A DNA stretch of 64,000 bases, from positions 16,309 through 80,308 of the forward strand of contig JBIIOE010000001.1 in assembly GCA_044337105.1 (NCBI GenBank), written 5' to 3'. The notes below the pieces were generated by a model, which did not search any database, was not told the origin of the DNA, and saw only the letters and a list, made by a program, of their open reading frames with translations. Positions 1 to 9,828 of this stretch are shown here, one piece after another (the stretch's first letter is position 1; each line of letters begins with the position of its first letter). A program made the translations under genes and the position numbers. The DNA comes from Bdellovibrionota bacterium (lineage in GTDB: Bacteria; Bdellovibrionota_C; UBA2361; OMII01).

Positions 1-1505
1 GTCTCCTTGCCGCGCAGCGAGGTCGAGAGCAGCTAGCTCCTCACCTGCTCTCCGAGGTGAGTGAGTTGTGCGATGCAATAGGGGTTTCTCCGCCTGAGTA
101 TTTCAAACGGCTACGAGATGGGCTCGATCGGATCGCGTCGATCCCCGATGCGGAGCTCCCCCCCGAGCTAACAGCAACGCTGCGACCTTATCAGCGTCAG
201 GGCGTCAATTGGCTCTCGTTCCTGCGTGAGTACGGATTGAACGCGCTGTTAGCCGACGACATGGGTCTCGGAAAAACGCTACAGGCTATCTGCATTATGC
301 GCGGGCGCACGCTGGTAGTTGCGCCCACCTCGGTTGTTCACAGTTGGCGCGACCAGATCCAGCGCTTCCGTCCGAACATGCGCGTATCTCTGTACCACGG
401 GCCGAATCGGGAGCTGTGTAGTGAGGCGGCAGTGACGATCACGACCTATGCTGTAATGCGCCTCGACATAGAGAAACTCATCGATGCAGGATGGGAGATG
501 GTCGTTCTTGACGAGGCGCAGACTATCAGGAATCCCGATAGCCAGGTTGCGCGCGCTGCCTACCGTCTTCGAGCCCCTTTCAAAGTAAACTTGAGTGGTA
601 CGCCGGTCGAGAATTCCCTCGAAGATCTGTGGAGCCAATTTTATTTCCTCAATCCTGGATTGCTTGGGTCGCGGCGCGATTTCGAGGAAGGGTTCTCGCG
701 GGCAGTCCGATCGGGCGATGCTAACGCAGCAACTCGGTTACGTAGCCGGGTTACGCCCTTTATCCTAAGACGTCTCAAGCGAGATGTCGCCAAGGAATTA
801 CCGCCCAAGACCGAAGTGGTGTTAGCGTGCGAGTTGAGCGCGGACGAGCGCACGTTGTACGAGGCGGTGCTCGGTGCTTCGCGTACCGAACTCTTGCAGC
901 GCCTTGAGCAGGGGGAGAGCGTCTTCTCGGTTTTGGAGATCTTATTACGTTTGCGACAGGCGTGTTGTCATCCGGCTTTGTTGCCTGGTCACAACGCTCC
1001 ATCCTCCAGTAAAGTTGACATGCTTGTCGAATCGCTTGCTGCTTCGATTGTACAAGAGCACCGCGCGCTGGTGTTTTCCCAGTGGACCTCTCTGCTCGAC
1101 CTCGTGGAGCCGCATCTACTCGAACGCGGGATTTCGTTCTCACGAGTCGACGGTTCGACACTCAATCGTGCCGAGCTTGTCGAGCAGTTTCAACGGCCGG
1201 ATGGCCCGAACGTGATGCTGTTGTCGCTCAAGGCGGGGGGATTAGGGCTTACGCTGACGGCAGCCGACCACGTGTATATTCTCGACCCGTGGTGGAATCC
1301 CGCTGTTGAGGATCAAGCTGCCGACCGCGCCTACCGTATCGGTCAGGAAGATCCGGTCATCGTGCACCGCTTGGTGGCTCAAGATAGTATCGAGGAGCGC
1401 ATCCTCGAACTGCAGCAGCGTAAGCGTGAACTTCTCGCAGCGGCTCTCGGCGAGAGTGGCGAAGTGGCACTTTCACGGGAGGATGTCTTGCAGCTTTTGG
1501 CGTGA
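1..1505 (+). CDS. SNF2-family helicase, 5'-truncated by the window edge
   Basis: The frame is open from nt 3, with no stop before the listed GTG at 57. Motifs: LRPYQRQGVNWL, DDMGLGKT (motif I), VLDEAQTIRN (DEAQ box), LSGTPVEN. C-terminal lobe: GGLGLTLTAADHVYILDPWWNP..QAADRAYRIGQ. Confidence 0.9.
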   Translation, partial: LLAAQRGREQLAPHLLSEVSELCDAIGVSPPEYFKRLRDGLDRIASIPDAELPPELTATLRPYQRQGVNWLSFLREYGLNALLADDMGLGKTLQAICIMRGRTLVVAPTSVVHSWRDQIQRFRPNMRVSLYHGPNRELCSEAAVTITTYAVMRLDIEKLIDAGWEMVVLDEAQTIRNPDSQVARAAYRLRAPFKVNLSGTPVENSLEDLWSQFYFLNPGLLGSRRDFEEGFSRAVRSGDANAATRLRSRVTPFILRRLKRDVAKELPPKTEVVLACELSADERTLYEAVLGASRTELLQRLEQGESVFSVLEILLRLRQACCHPALLPGHNAPSSSKVDMLVESLAASIVQEHRALVFSQWTSLLDLVEPHLLERGISFSRVDGSTLNRAELVEQFQRPDGPNVMLLSLKAGGLGLTLTAADHVYILDPWWNPAVEDQAADRAYRIGQEDPVIVHRLVAQDSIEERILELQQRKRELLAAALGESGEVALSREDVLQLLA

Positions 1506-1658
1506 GCGGGGTGGGGCACACAAAGGAGGACGTGAGGGCGGCGAGAGGGGAGAAATTGCGTTGCTAACGTGTTGGTTCGTGTTGGTATCTGTTTGGAATG
1601 GAACTTGATTTCGAGGAATACTGAAGCATCCTGACCGCTTATAGCGATAGGGGGTGAC

Positions 1659-2606
1659 ATGGAACGGGCTCGCTCTCAGACAGATACAGATGCATCGGGC
1701 ATCTCATCAGGGTACCCGCACGGCGTCCCGCGTGGACGGCTTGTGCGGCGATCGCCACCGAAGCTTGCAAGCAGCGATGTACGCCCGCCCCGTCTCAACA
1801 TGCGATCGGCTCGTCTGCGCCTGCGTATTCGGAGGCTTCTTCCATCCTTTTTGTCGGTCGTGTGTTTCTGTGCCGGTGCGAGCTATATGGCGCTCCTTCC
1901 AGAGCAAGGCGATGCACTTGGTGCCGCTCCGCAAGACTCCTCGCTTTTACAAGCTGTCGAAGAGGTCGCGCGCTCGTATTCCCGTTTGCGCATAGAGCCG
2001 GTCCGCTACCTCGGGCCCGAGGCGATGGCCCCGGTTGAGGTGGTGAGCGTTGCGCCAAACGAGGAGGAACCAAACACAGAGGAGTTCAGGGCCCCGCATC
2101 ACGGGGAACCGCCGGCGTTTTCGAGGAGCGTGCTGGTCAGAAAGGTTCTGCAGATCATACAAAAACACGCCCCACGCAATCAGAATGCCAACGCCCTTGC
2201 GGAAGCGATTGTGCAGGAGAGCACGGAGCAACGCTACGATCCGCTCTTCGTCGCGGCCGTCATTAAGTCGGAGAGTACATTCAATGCGTTCGCGCGTTCG
2301 CACGTTGGCGCGCAGGGATTGATGCAGATCATGCCAAAAACAGGGGCATGGCTTGCAGATATAGGAGATATGCCGCGCGGGAATCTTACCCATGTCGGCT
2401 ACAACTTGAAGCTCGGAATCAAATATCTCAAGCAACTCGAGCAGGGGTATGGAGGAGACCGAGTCTTCACGTTGATTGCGTACAATTGGGGGCCGGGGCG
2501 TGTAGAGTCTGCTGCGGACGGAAAGCGCCGAGTGCCGCCCGAGGTTATGACGTACGCCATCAAGATCCTCAACGACTATCGTCGCTGGCGTCGAGAGATA
2601 CTTTGA
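1659..2606 (+). CDS. Lytic transglycosylase (SLT domain), membrane-anchored
   Basis: SLT motifs AVIKSESTFN, GAQGLMQIMP and AYNWGPG. Hydrophobic anchor LLPSFLSVVCFCAGASYMALL. G-rich SD-like run 5 nt upstream of ATG 1659. An alternative start is ATG 1800. Confidence 0.85.
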   Translation: MERARSQTDTDASGISSGYPHGVPRGRLVRRSPPKLASSDVRPPRLNMRSARLRLRIRRLLPSFLSVVCFCAGASYMALLPEQGDALGAAPQDSSLLQAVEEVARSYSRLRIEPVRYLGPEAMAPVEVVSVAPNEEEPNTEEFRAPHHGEPPAFSRSVLVRKVLQIIQKHAPRNQNANALAEAIVQESTEQRYDPLFVAAVIKSESTFNAFARSHVGAQGLMQIMPKTGAWLADIGDMPRGNLTHVGYNLKLGIKYLKQLEQGYGGDRVFTLIAYNWGPGRVESAADGKRRVPPEVMTYAIKILNDYRRWRREIL

Positions 2607-2611
2607 TTTGC

Positions 2612-2670
2612 CCTTCGTGGAGTCGAGTGGGTGATAATGTGGCAGGCGGGGGTTTCGCCTCGCTTCCCTA
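2612..2670. repeat. Composite repeat: CTTCGTGGAGTCGAGTGGG module plus solo MITE terminus
   Basis: ccttcgtggagtcgagtggg (2612-2631), a 17-nt spacer, then gggggtttcgcctcgcttcccTA (2648-2670). Confidence 0.6.
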
Positions 2671-2704
2671 GACTCCCTTCCATACTTCACGTTACACTTA
2701 AGGT

Positions 2705-2941
2705 ATGAAGCCGACGAACGACAGCACCGATGAAGGTATTGAGGTCGAGGTTGAGCGCTCGCGCTTAGCCGAAGAGATCGACGATTTAAGAACGACAATT
2801 CTCCGTTTGGCAAAAGATAGGGACCGCTTGCCCCAACCACTTTTTTGGTCCCTGTTTAACTCACGGCTGAAGGAAATCAAACGAAACAAAGAGTTGTCTA
2901 GATTGGTCAGCGAAGTGTTCAACGGAACCGAGGAGTCTTGA
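2705..2941 (+). CDS. Small hypothetical protein (coiled-coil-like, acidic)
   Basis: 78-aa ORF in an otherwise empty gap. No recognisable motif. It lies just after a repeat module at 2612-2670. Confidence 0.3.
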   Translation: MKPTNDSTDEGIEVEVERSRLAEEIDDLRTTILRLAKDRDRLPQPLFWSLFNSRLKEIKRNKELSRLVSEVFNGTEES

Positions 2942-3280
2942 GGTTCCTTCTCAAAGCTTCCATGTACCTCGGGCTTCCGGCCGCAAAGCACTGCGTCAAA
3001 CTGACCAGAGGTGCGTGCCAAGCGCAGAGTAACGGTGGGTTAGTTCTCTAGCTGTACACCTCTGCGCGTCGGCGCGATTTCGCTAATCTTCTCTGAAGCC
3101 TTGTCTGGAACCGTATTTCCCCCTGCTTTGCTATTCTCTCGTCGCAGCTCTCGGCCCGACTGCGGAAACAGGGTGCCGAATCGGGTATGTGTACGAAGGA
3201 GCTTTCTCATGACAAGGACGACAATAATTCCAGCGATTGACGCATCTTTACAGGTCACGCTCCCAGCGCCAGGGTAATGC

Positions 3281-5038
3281 GTGGAAGGCTGGCACCTTGC
3301 GCGCAGGGATATGCCTGGTTTTCGTGAAAGCGTTGTAAAAGGGCCGCATGGCGATGTTGTACAATTGGAGGTGTCTTCGTGGGTTCAAGTGCCGTACGTG
3401 CTGCAAAGGCTTCATTGTGCGCCGATGAGGGTCGTGTTTGTCGATGACAGCAACCCGCAACAAGCGGGCATTAGAGACTTTCTGCGCATTAGTAACTCTA
3501 CCAACATCAAAGAGATACTTGAAAAGCTCAAGGGACATCTCGATGCAGCGGAGTCCTTCAAGCCGCACGAGCTGCCACCGCCGGGGAGTATAACGTGCGC
3601 CGCTGACTGGATGTGTGCGCACGATTTTTCGCAGATCGTAGGGCGGCGTCTGGCAACTACGGAGGTGCTTCGGGTGCCAGAGACGGAAGAGCGCCTTGAT
3701 GCGGAGTTCAGGAGCGCCGCTGTGGCGGCGTTCTCCTCGGGGAGGCCGGTGATAGTAACACTTCCTGTTGGGATGCAAGCGCAGGCTGTCGCCGCTGTTC
3801 TCAGAGATGCGTGTTCCTACGTTGCGGATAGTGATGCGCTCAAGTCGAGGGTAAAGGTATGGATGCCAGACTCGGTAAGCTCGTACACTCAGGCGTGGAA
3901 TGCGGAGCTCTCTCTGCAACAGTTTTTCGAGACTACGGCGGGATCGTCCCAGACGCCTCACGAGCCGATTCCTGCAATGAGAGAGGAATTGCCAGAGCCC
4001 ACACAAGAGCCGACAGAGGACGGCTCTGAGCGTGCGCCTTCGCCTAGTGAGCGGCTCAAGGATGCATATGAGGATGCTCTCGTGTTGAGTCTAACGTCAG
4101 AAGGTTTCGGTGGTGAACAGCCGGAGGTTTCGGATACGCTTGATCAACAGCTGCCGGTCGGTGGAGTTTTAGGCACCCAGTCCGAGGGAGTCTCGTTGAC
4201 TGAGGATTCTCCAAGTCTTGATACCTCCAAGCCGTCTGAGTGTGCTCCGAATGCGCTTGCGGTGAAAAATCTGAACGAGACACAAAATTATGTATCTCGA
4301 GCGCTCGATATTCTCCTCGATCCGCCCAAGGAGTTTGCTGACGAAGTTACGTTTCGGATCGAGCATCTCGAGGGGTTCTTCACGTACAAGCTCGAACCTT
4401 ATGCGAGGTCGCCCGTTACGGACGAGACCACGGTTATTCGTGAGTCGAAGGGAGCAGTAGAGCCGGCCGTAGTCTCTCCCGGACCTGCCGCACGGATTCT
4501 GGATCGATGTCGTATGCGGTCATTCGATGATACCGCACAGATGCTGTTCGAGGCACATGAGCACCTATGCGCTAAGTTTTCCGAGGAGCATCGCCCCGGC
4601 AACTCCGTGCAAGACGGGCATCTCGTGACGCTGCCGAACCACGGTAAAGCGATATTCGTGAGCGATCTCGAGGGGGATGTCGCGAAGCTCGCCTTGCTCA
4701 TCGACCAGTACGATCTGATCGATGCATGGAGACGCGATGAACCCATTTTTCTGTGTGTCCTTGGCGATATGGTAGACCGATCTACCACAGGCTCGCTCTT
4801 AGTTGAGTTCCTACTGGAGCTCAAGGTCCGCGAGGGATTTTCGCGTCAGGTCATTATCCTGCCTGGGAACCACGAGCTTTCGTTGGAGATGAATTTCCAG
4901 AAGACCAAGAATTACAGAAGTGACGAACCTTCTCTCCTTGGAGACATCTCGGAAGGGAGTATCCCCGTGGAGCCGACACGCAGAGTGGGCAAGACGCTAT
5001 CAAGATGCTTCATGAACTTTGCCCTAACCCGGCGCTAA
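3281..5038 (+). CDS. Metallophosphatase (PPP/calcineurin-like) family protein, N-terminal portion of a frameshifted gene
   Basis: Longest ORF on either strand here. The C-terminal part has phosphatase motifs I-III: FVSDLEGD (DxHG with H->E), LGDMVDRS (GDxxDR) and LPGNHE (GNHE). The N-terminal ~420 aa are unrecognised and include an acidic/Pro-rich linker. The ORF stops at 5036-5038, before motifs IV/V. Confidence 0.6.
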   Translation: MEGWHLARRDMPGFRESVVKGPHGDVVQLEVSSWVQVPYVLQRLHCAPMRVVFVDDSNPQQAGIRDFLRISNSTNIKEILEKLKGHLDAAESFKPHELPPPGSITCAADWMCAHDFSQIVGRRLATTEVLRVPETEERLDAEFRSAAVAAFSSGRPVIVTLPVGMQAQAVAAVLRDACSYVADSDALKSRVKVWMPDSVSSYTQAWNAELSLQQFFETTAGSSQTPHEPIPAMREELPEPTQEPTEDGSERAPSPSERLKDAYEDALVLSLTSEGFGGEQPEVSDTLDQQLPVGGVLGTQSEGVSLTEDSPSLDTSKPSECAPNALAVKNLNETQNYVSRALDILLDPPKEFADEVTFRIEHLEGFFTYKLEPYARSPVTDETTVIRESKGAVEPAVVSPGPAARILDRCRMRSFDDTAQMLFEAHEHLCAKFSEEHRPGNSVQDGHLVTLPNHGKAIFVSDLEGDVAKLALLIDQYDLIDAWRRDEPIFLCVLGDMVDRSTTGSLLVEFLLELKVREGFSRQVIILPGNHELSLEMNFQKTKNYRSDEPSLLGDISEGSIPVEPTRRVGKTLSRCFMNFALTRR

Positions 5039-5766
5039 GGGTGGAGGGTCGGGTGCCATCGATCGACGAGGAGTCGTACAGAGCGCGCTGGGGCCTTTTC
5101 ACGCTCTTCCACAGCATCTTCCACGCTTTACCGCGGAGCATAATCTCCGAGAATGGGCTGTTTGCGGCTCACGCGAGTTTCCCCATGCATGGACCTCTGG
5201 CGGAGCTCTTCGACGAACAAGTGCTAGTGATTACTGATCCGAGTAGGTATCGCGCAGCGCTCGCCCGTGAGATATTCGACGGCGAGCATGCGAGGGCCTC
5301 AACGGATAATTTGACGTGGAATGACCTTGACGCGGATCTTGGTGGTGATGGTGTGTTCGTTCCGATCTCCGACCAGCGTCGTCAATCCGACAGTGGTGGG
5401 GGATTATTCTCGCCCCTTGATTTCGAGCGTTTTTGCCGTGGAACTGGGACATCGTTAATGATTCGAGGTCATCAGTCGACGGGACCTAAAGGGGCCAGCG
5501 TTCCACAGGTGGTGAAAGCCTTTTACGAGCGGGAGGGCCTTCGGCATCCGGAGGTATGGACCCTCGGAGGTGTCGTAACGGTCGAGTCTCGTGCAACGTG
5601 GAGCGCACTGCTCGATCTTTCTATTCCACAACCAACTCCGACTGATGTTGAGTGGATTGGACTCGTCAGAAAAGGCTCCCTACAAGGGGCAGGAACGCAC
5701 GAGAACGGCAGGTTGCTCCCGCTTGGGCCTGCCAAGAGTTTTCTCATGCGCCTGCCCCCTCTATGA
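5005..5766 (+). CDS. Metallophosphatase C-terminal portion (continuation of 3281..5038 in the -1 frame)
   Basis: This frame is open from 4924. It carries the missing downstream motifs: LFAAHASFP (HGG-type position) and MIRGHQS (RGH). It overlaps the previous ORF by 34 nt from its first ATG, or 115 nt counting the open frame. Confidence 0.55.
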   Translation: MLHELCPNPALRVEGRVPSIDEESYRARWGLFTLFHSIFHALPRSIISENGLFAAHASFPMHGPLAELFDEQVLVITDPSRYRAALAREIFDGEHARASTDNLTWNDLDADLGGDGVFVPISDQRRQSDSGGGLFSPLDFERFCRGTGTSLMIRGHQSTGPKGASVPQVVKAFYEREGLRHPEVWTLGGVVTVESRATWSALLDLSIPQPTPTDVEWIGLVRKGSLQGAGTHENGRLLPLGPAKSFLMRLPPL

Positions 5767-5788
5767 AGTGCGGTCTACGCTGAGGCAG

Positions 5789-6535
5789 CTATTCCATGCG
5801 TGTAGGGTCCGCGAGAATTCGGCGGGCGATCTGAATTCGTGCTTCGATTCGGCCGTCTGGAACCCCGAAGCGTTGCCACAGAGGCCTATCCTCCATAATG
5901 CGCACCACTTCTCTGAAATCTCCAGCTACGAGTGGCGGATGGAGCAGCTTTCTCGTTGTCGGCGTGTAGTCACCTCGATAACGCAGATCGAAAAGCAGCT
6001 CTTGGGCCGCGCGTGGGAGAGCACCCCAGGAGGTAGTCCCATATGCGCGCACAGTCTCAGGCTTACTCATTATTCGCTGAATGTCGGCGATTATCGCTGG
6101 TCGAATAATCTCGGTAAAGATGCGCTGTTGGGCCTCTGCGGTAATAGTTGGAGAGCTATCGCGGTATTGCTTCACGAAAGCTTGCGCCGTAGCGCCCCGT
6201 AAACCTGCGGCGTAGGAGAAGAAGAGTGCGTCTCGGGGAGCTACGCCGGCGCGTGTGAGATCGTTGATGATAGACTTCGCAGATCGTTGCCCCATGTCGT
6301 AGCCGGGGCCTAGGGTGACCCCGCTAGCTGCTCCGCTCGGCCAGTGAATGACGCGGCTGAAGTAGCGCGTCCCCTCTTTACCGACCTCGGCTTGAAAGGT
6401 GTCACTACCGAACGCCGCTGGAGACTTATGCGTTGGAGCGGCGGGCTTGCCTGTGGTCGTAGCGGTCCTGGTAGTGGTGGTGGTCGGCGTGTCGGATTGG
6501 CGATACGGGAAGCAATAGTTACAGTCGGGTCTCAT
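5789..6535 (-). CDS. Lysozyme-like (pesticin-type muramidase domain) protein with Thr-rich linker
   Basis: SGVTLGPGYDMG, PTITAEAQ and LPRAAQELLFDLRYRGDY resemble the phage-lysozyme-like pesticin C-terminal family. I prefer ATG 6535 (GGAGA 8 nt upstream). The TTG 6661 extension would read through a dispersed repeat at 6633-6652. Confidence 0.5.
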   Translation of the reverse strand: MRPDCNYCFPYRQSDTPTTTTTRTATTTGKPAAPTHKSPAAFGSDTFQAEVGKEGTRYFSRVIHWPSGAASGVTLGPGYDMGQRSAKSIINDLTRAGVAPRDALFFSYAAGLRGATAQAFVKQYRDSSPTITAEAQQRIFTEIIRPAIIADIQRIMSKPETVRAYGTTSWGALPRAAQELLFDLRYRGDYTPTTRKLLHPPLVAGDFREVVRIMEDRPLWQRFGVPDGRIEARIQIARRILADPTRME

Positions 6536-6632
6536 GAGAGCATTCTCCAAGCGATAAGTTGTAGAGGATGAGTTCGGCACGCGAGGAGCGTTGTTGCTAG
6601 CGGATGGCAGTACGCTCGTTTTTTTTCTCGGC

Positions 6633-6652
6633 CCTTCGTGGAATCGAGTGGG
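6633..6652. repeat. CTTCGTGGAATCGAGTGGG module (solo)
   Basis: ccttcgtggaatcgagtggg, preceded by a T8 run. Nearly identical to the modules at 2612, 25645, 26211 (reverse complement) and 55564 (reverse complement). Confidence 0.6.
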
Positions 6653-6756
6653 CGGCAACAAGGATAGAGGCAGCGCAAGTACTTATTTTAAGACATAAAT
6701 CGGGCCATTTTTACGTTTTCAAGCTCCCACTAGATCCGTCGATGAGCCTGGAAAAT

Positions 6757-9700
6757 TTACCGACGGGGTCTGGAACGTATCCCCAAATTCCTAAGCCGTC
6801 TCCCTATAACGCCCACCAAGACCAGAAAGAATACCAGCGAAGGAAGTGGTCGTAGCGATGCAAGTGTGCCAGCCGGGGCGGGGAGTGTTGCGCGCGCTTG
6901 CTCGGCCCAGGTGCGCAGAGCGCTGCTGCGGCGGGCGGAATCGCTTCCCCATCGACCGCCGTCACTCAGGCGCACTGACTCCTCGTAGGATACGGATATG
7001 GGTGGGTAGTTTACCAGCTGCTGATCGTGTTGCAGCGCATCTACGTGTCTCTTTGCCCGAAGTACGAGTCGCTCGTGGAGATCGAGTATGAATACACCAA
7101 AGAGATCGTTGACGAGGTTCCAGCGCGAGCCTGCTAGCTCTGCGTCGTACTTCAGGATGCCCTTCCAGGTGAAAGGGCTCTGCGAAACGACGGATCGAGT
7201 CGGAGTTGACCCGTATAAAGACGGGAGCAGGGGGAGCTTGGCGAGGTCGTATTCCAGTGGCCCGCCTGGTGACCCTTTCTCAGCGTAAAAGAGTCGCTGT
7301 CCTTTCTCCGAAAGAACAAACTCTACGAAAGCTCGCGCAAGCTCGCGATTCGGTGCTCCCTTCAGCACGGCGATGCCGTCGCCGTTGACGGAGGCATAAT
7401 CCTCCGGAACCACAAATCCGATCCTCTCGGCGCCGACACGGTAAATGATGTCGCTGGCGTATGTATCGATCGCCAAGCCGTATACGATCTCCGCCGTGGC
7501 GATCTCTTTTCCGACCTGCGTACCTCCGCCGGAGAAGTTGCGCACGTTGCCGCCGAGCCTTTGCAGCAACGTCCAGCCCTCGTCCCAGCCAGCTCCCTGT
7601 AGGATGATCTCGTACATCGCGTGCATACTGCCGCTCTTGCGTGGGTCGCCGGCGCCGATGAGATCGAAATAGGCGGGGTGTGCGAGGTCGTGCCAGGTAC
7701 GCGGAGTGGGAAGATGCAATCGCTCAAGAGCGACCTTGTTATACAGGATTCCAAAGGTGTTCAAGGCGGCGGCGAACCAGTCGCGCGAGGGAGAAACGAG
7801 CGGAACGCCGAATACACTGTGAGGAATGCGCTCTATAACGTCAGGAGCCAGCTCAATCGACTGCAGGTTCCCATCGCGGGCGAGCTCGAGAAAATTATCG
7901 AGACCTCCACCGAACAGGAGATCGATTCCAACCCCGGACGGGCTCTTGCGATAGTTGGCTTTGAGGTACTTCGCGATGTCCGAAGATCCCCCAATGTCGT
8001 ACCAGCGGATGACTACTGTATCTCCTGTGCGCTCATGCCAGTGCTCGGAAAACGCACGTTCGAATTCGCGTCGTATTCCCTCCCAATGAGGAGATGCGGC
8101 GATTAGCTCACGCTGTTCGGCATGGCCAATACTGGCGGTAAAGAGCACAGCGCCTGTGGCGACGATCTTCGAGATGCTCCGCGCATCGGGCTTCGAAGAG
8201 AGCCGCTCGGCCAGATAAAATGCGACAATCAGAGCGAGCATCACGATCGAGCCCAGGGCAGACGCCAGCTCGACCCCGTCCGGACGGGCCATCAAGGCGT
8301 AGATCGCTTTGCTAATCGGGTAGAAGCGCTCCTCCATGGCTAGGAGTATTCCGTCGCTCACCTCAATCATAGAGTATGCAAAGGTGAGAACCGCGCCTAC
8401 CGCGAGGTGTCGACTCATCAAGGGAAAGAGTATCCGCCATGCGACTTGCGGGGGGCGTGCACCTACCATGAGAGCGGCCTCCTCCAGCGAGACATTCGCC
8501 TCTTGAAGGCCGGCATATGCAGAACGCACCATGGCAGGGGTGCGTCTTACGATGTACGCAGCGATCAATAGCGGAAATGGATTGATGCGGTTGTCGAGCG
8601 GGGTTCCCGAAAATGCCCCAATATAACCGAAAGCAAAGACGATACCGGGTATCGCAAGGGGGATGATAGTAATTACCTCAAAGAGCCAGGAGGCCCTGGT
8701 GCGACCACGCGCCACGAGGTAGGCGCTGAGAAATCCTATGATGACGGTCAGTATGCTGGCCACAGCGCTCAACCAGAGGCTGGTCATCAGACTATGAGCA
8801 GACAGGGGATGTCGCAGCACGTCGATGAAGTGCATGACGGTCCAACGTTGAGGAAGTACGGACATGAACCAATCGTCACTGATGGCAACGAGTAGCACTG
8901 CGATCTGAGGAATCGACGAGAGCGCCACATACAGGGCGATAGCTGCAACGGTGCCATACGCCGCGAAGCTACCCATAGGGCGCCGCTCCTGCGATTCACG
9001 AGATCGCCCCGACCCTGCATACGCTCCCTGCAGGAGCGAAGCCTTCGAGAGGTAAAAGAGCGTGAGAGAGATCAGGCACACGAAAACTATGAAGGAATAC
9101 CCAACCGGGTTTTCGTTGAGGTCAGCCAGCATATTGAAGATCTGTACCGAGATTACATTTCGATATTCGAATACGAGTGGCGTTCCAAGGTCTGTGAAGC
9201 TCGAGATAAAGACCAACACCGCGCCTGCAAACCAGCCGGGGTAGGAGAGCGGGATAGTAATGCGCCTCAATGTCCTCCAACGTGAAGCACCGCTCATGAT
9301 GGCGGCCTCCTCAAGCGCGACATGAGAGGTTGCCAGCGACGCCCTCAGACTAAGGTAGAGCACGGGTACTACGTGAATCGTTTGGAGTGCGATGATCCCT
9401 AGTACGTTACCGCCACCGAGCCATGCGATAGGGCGCTCGATTATGCCGGCATCGAGGAGCGCCATATTCACGCTACCGAAGCGACCGAAAAGCTGTCTCA
9501 CGCCCAGCACACCCACAAACGGCGGCACTACCAGCGGCATGAGCAGAAGCGGGTGTAGGATGAATCCAAAAGGTATTTTAAAACGGGCTAGTCCGAGAGC
9601 TAGCGGATAGGCTATCAAGGTGCTCAGTAGAGTGACTGCTAGAGCAATATTGAGCGAGTTGTAGATAACCTCTCGAAAAAACTGAGTGCTGGCCATCACG

Positions 9701-9828
9701 GTAAAGAAGTGCAGGGAAGGTGAGCCATTGACAAAAAAGGCCCGTAAGAGCACATGACCTAGTGGAAAGCCCATAAAGATCAGAAAGAAGGCCCCGAGAA
9801 GCAGGGGCGAGGATCGGAAGATCTTCAT
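6757..9828 (-). CDS. ABC importer fused permease (two BPD-type TM domains) plus periplasmic solute-binding domain
   Basis: The N-terminal ~560 aa form a duplicated 6-TM permease of FbpB/ThiP type. Next come an extra TM (IVATGAVLFTASIG), a family-1 SBP-like domain (VVIRWYDIGGSSDIAKYL.., GIDLLFGGG) and a C-terminal TM with a basic tail (LVFFLVLVGVIGRRLRNLGIRSRPRR). ATG 9828 is preferred; a TTG at 9879 is possible. Confidence 0.8.
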   Translation of the reverse strand: MKIFRSSPLLLGAFFLIFMGFPLGHVLLRAFFVNGSPSLHFFTVMASTQFFREVIYNSLNIALAVTLLSTLIAYPLALGLARFKIPFGFILHPLLLMPLVVPPFVGVLGVRQLFGRFGSVNMALLDAGIIERPIAWLGGGNVLGIIALQTIHVVPVLYLSLRASLATSHVALEEAAIMSGASRWRTLRRITIPLSYPGWFAGAVLVFISSFTDLGTPLVFEYRNVISVQIFNMLADLNENPVGYSFIVFVCLISLTLFYLSKASLLQGAYAGSGRSRESQERRPMGSFAAYGTVAAIALYVALSSIPQIAVLLVAISDDWFMSVLPQRWTVMHFIDVLRHPLSAHSLMTSLWLSAVASILTVIIGFLSAYLVARGRTRASWLFEVITIIPLAIPGIVFAFGYIGAFSGTPLDNRINPFPLLIAAYIVRRTPAMVRSAYAGLQEANVSLEEAALMVGARPPQVAWRILFPLMSRHLAVGAVLTFAYSMIEVSDGILLAMEERFYPISKAIYALMARPDGVELASALGSIVMLALIVAFYLAERLSSKPDARSISKIVATGAVLFTASIGHAEQRELIAASPHWEGIRREFERAFSEHWHERTGDTVVIRWYDIGGSSDIAKYLKANYRKSPSGVGIDLLFGGGLDNFLELARDGNLQSIELAPDVIERIPHSVFGVPLVSPSRDWFAAALNTFGILYNKVALERLHLPTPRTWHDLAHPAYFDLIGAGDPRKSGSMHAMYEIILQGAGWDEGWTLLQRLGGNVRNFSGGGTQVGKEIATAEIVYGLAIDTYASDIIYRVGAERIGFVVPEDYASVNGDGIAVLKGAPNRELARAFVEFVLSEKGQRLFYAEKGSPGGPLEYDLAKLPLLPSLYGSTPTRSVVSQSPFTWKGILKYDAELAGSRWNLVNDLFGVFILDLHERLVLRAKRHVDALQHDQQLVNYPPISVSYEESVRLSDGGRWGSDSARRSSALRTWAEQARATLPAPAGTLASLRPLPSLVFFLVLVGVIGRRLRNLGIRSRPRR

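Noticed and set aside
1947-2840. 297-aa minus-strand ORF opposite the lytic transglycosylase gene
   Set aside because: The plus strand encodes clear SLT motifs. The minus-strand product is Arg/Ser-rich. It is a shadow ORF.
3248-4006. 252-aa minus-strand ORF overlapping the 5' part of the phosphatase gene
   Set aside because: It is Arg-rich with an odd composition, typical of an antisense shadow frame in GC-rich DNA. The plus-strand ORF is much longer and has normal composition and recognisable motifs downstream.
4924-5038. Programmed -1 ribosomal frameshift joining the two phosphatase ORFs
   Set aside because: No slippery X XXY YYZ heptamer and no obvious downstream pseudoknot or hairpin lies in the overlap. 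Mutation or sequencing error is more parsimonious. This remains uncertain.
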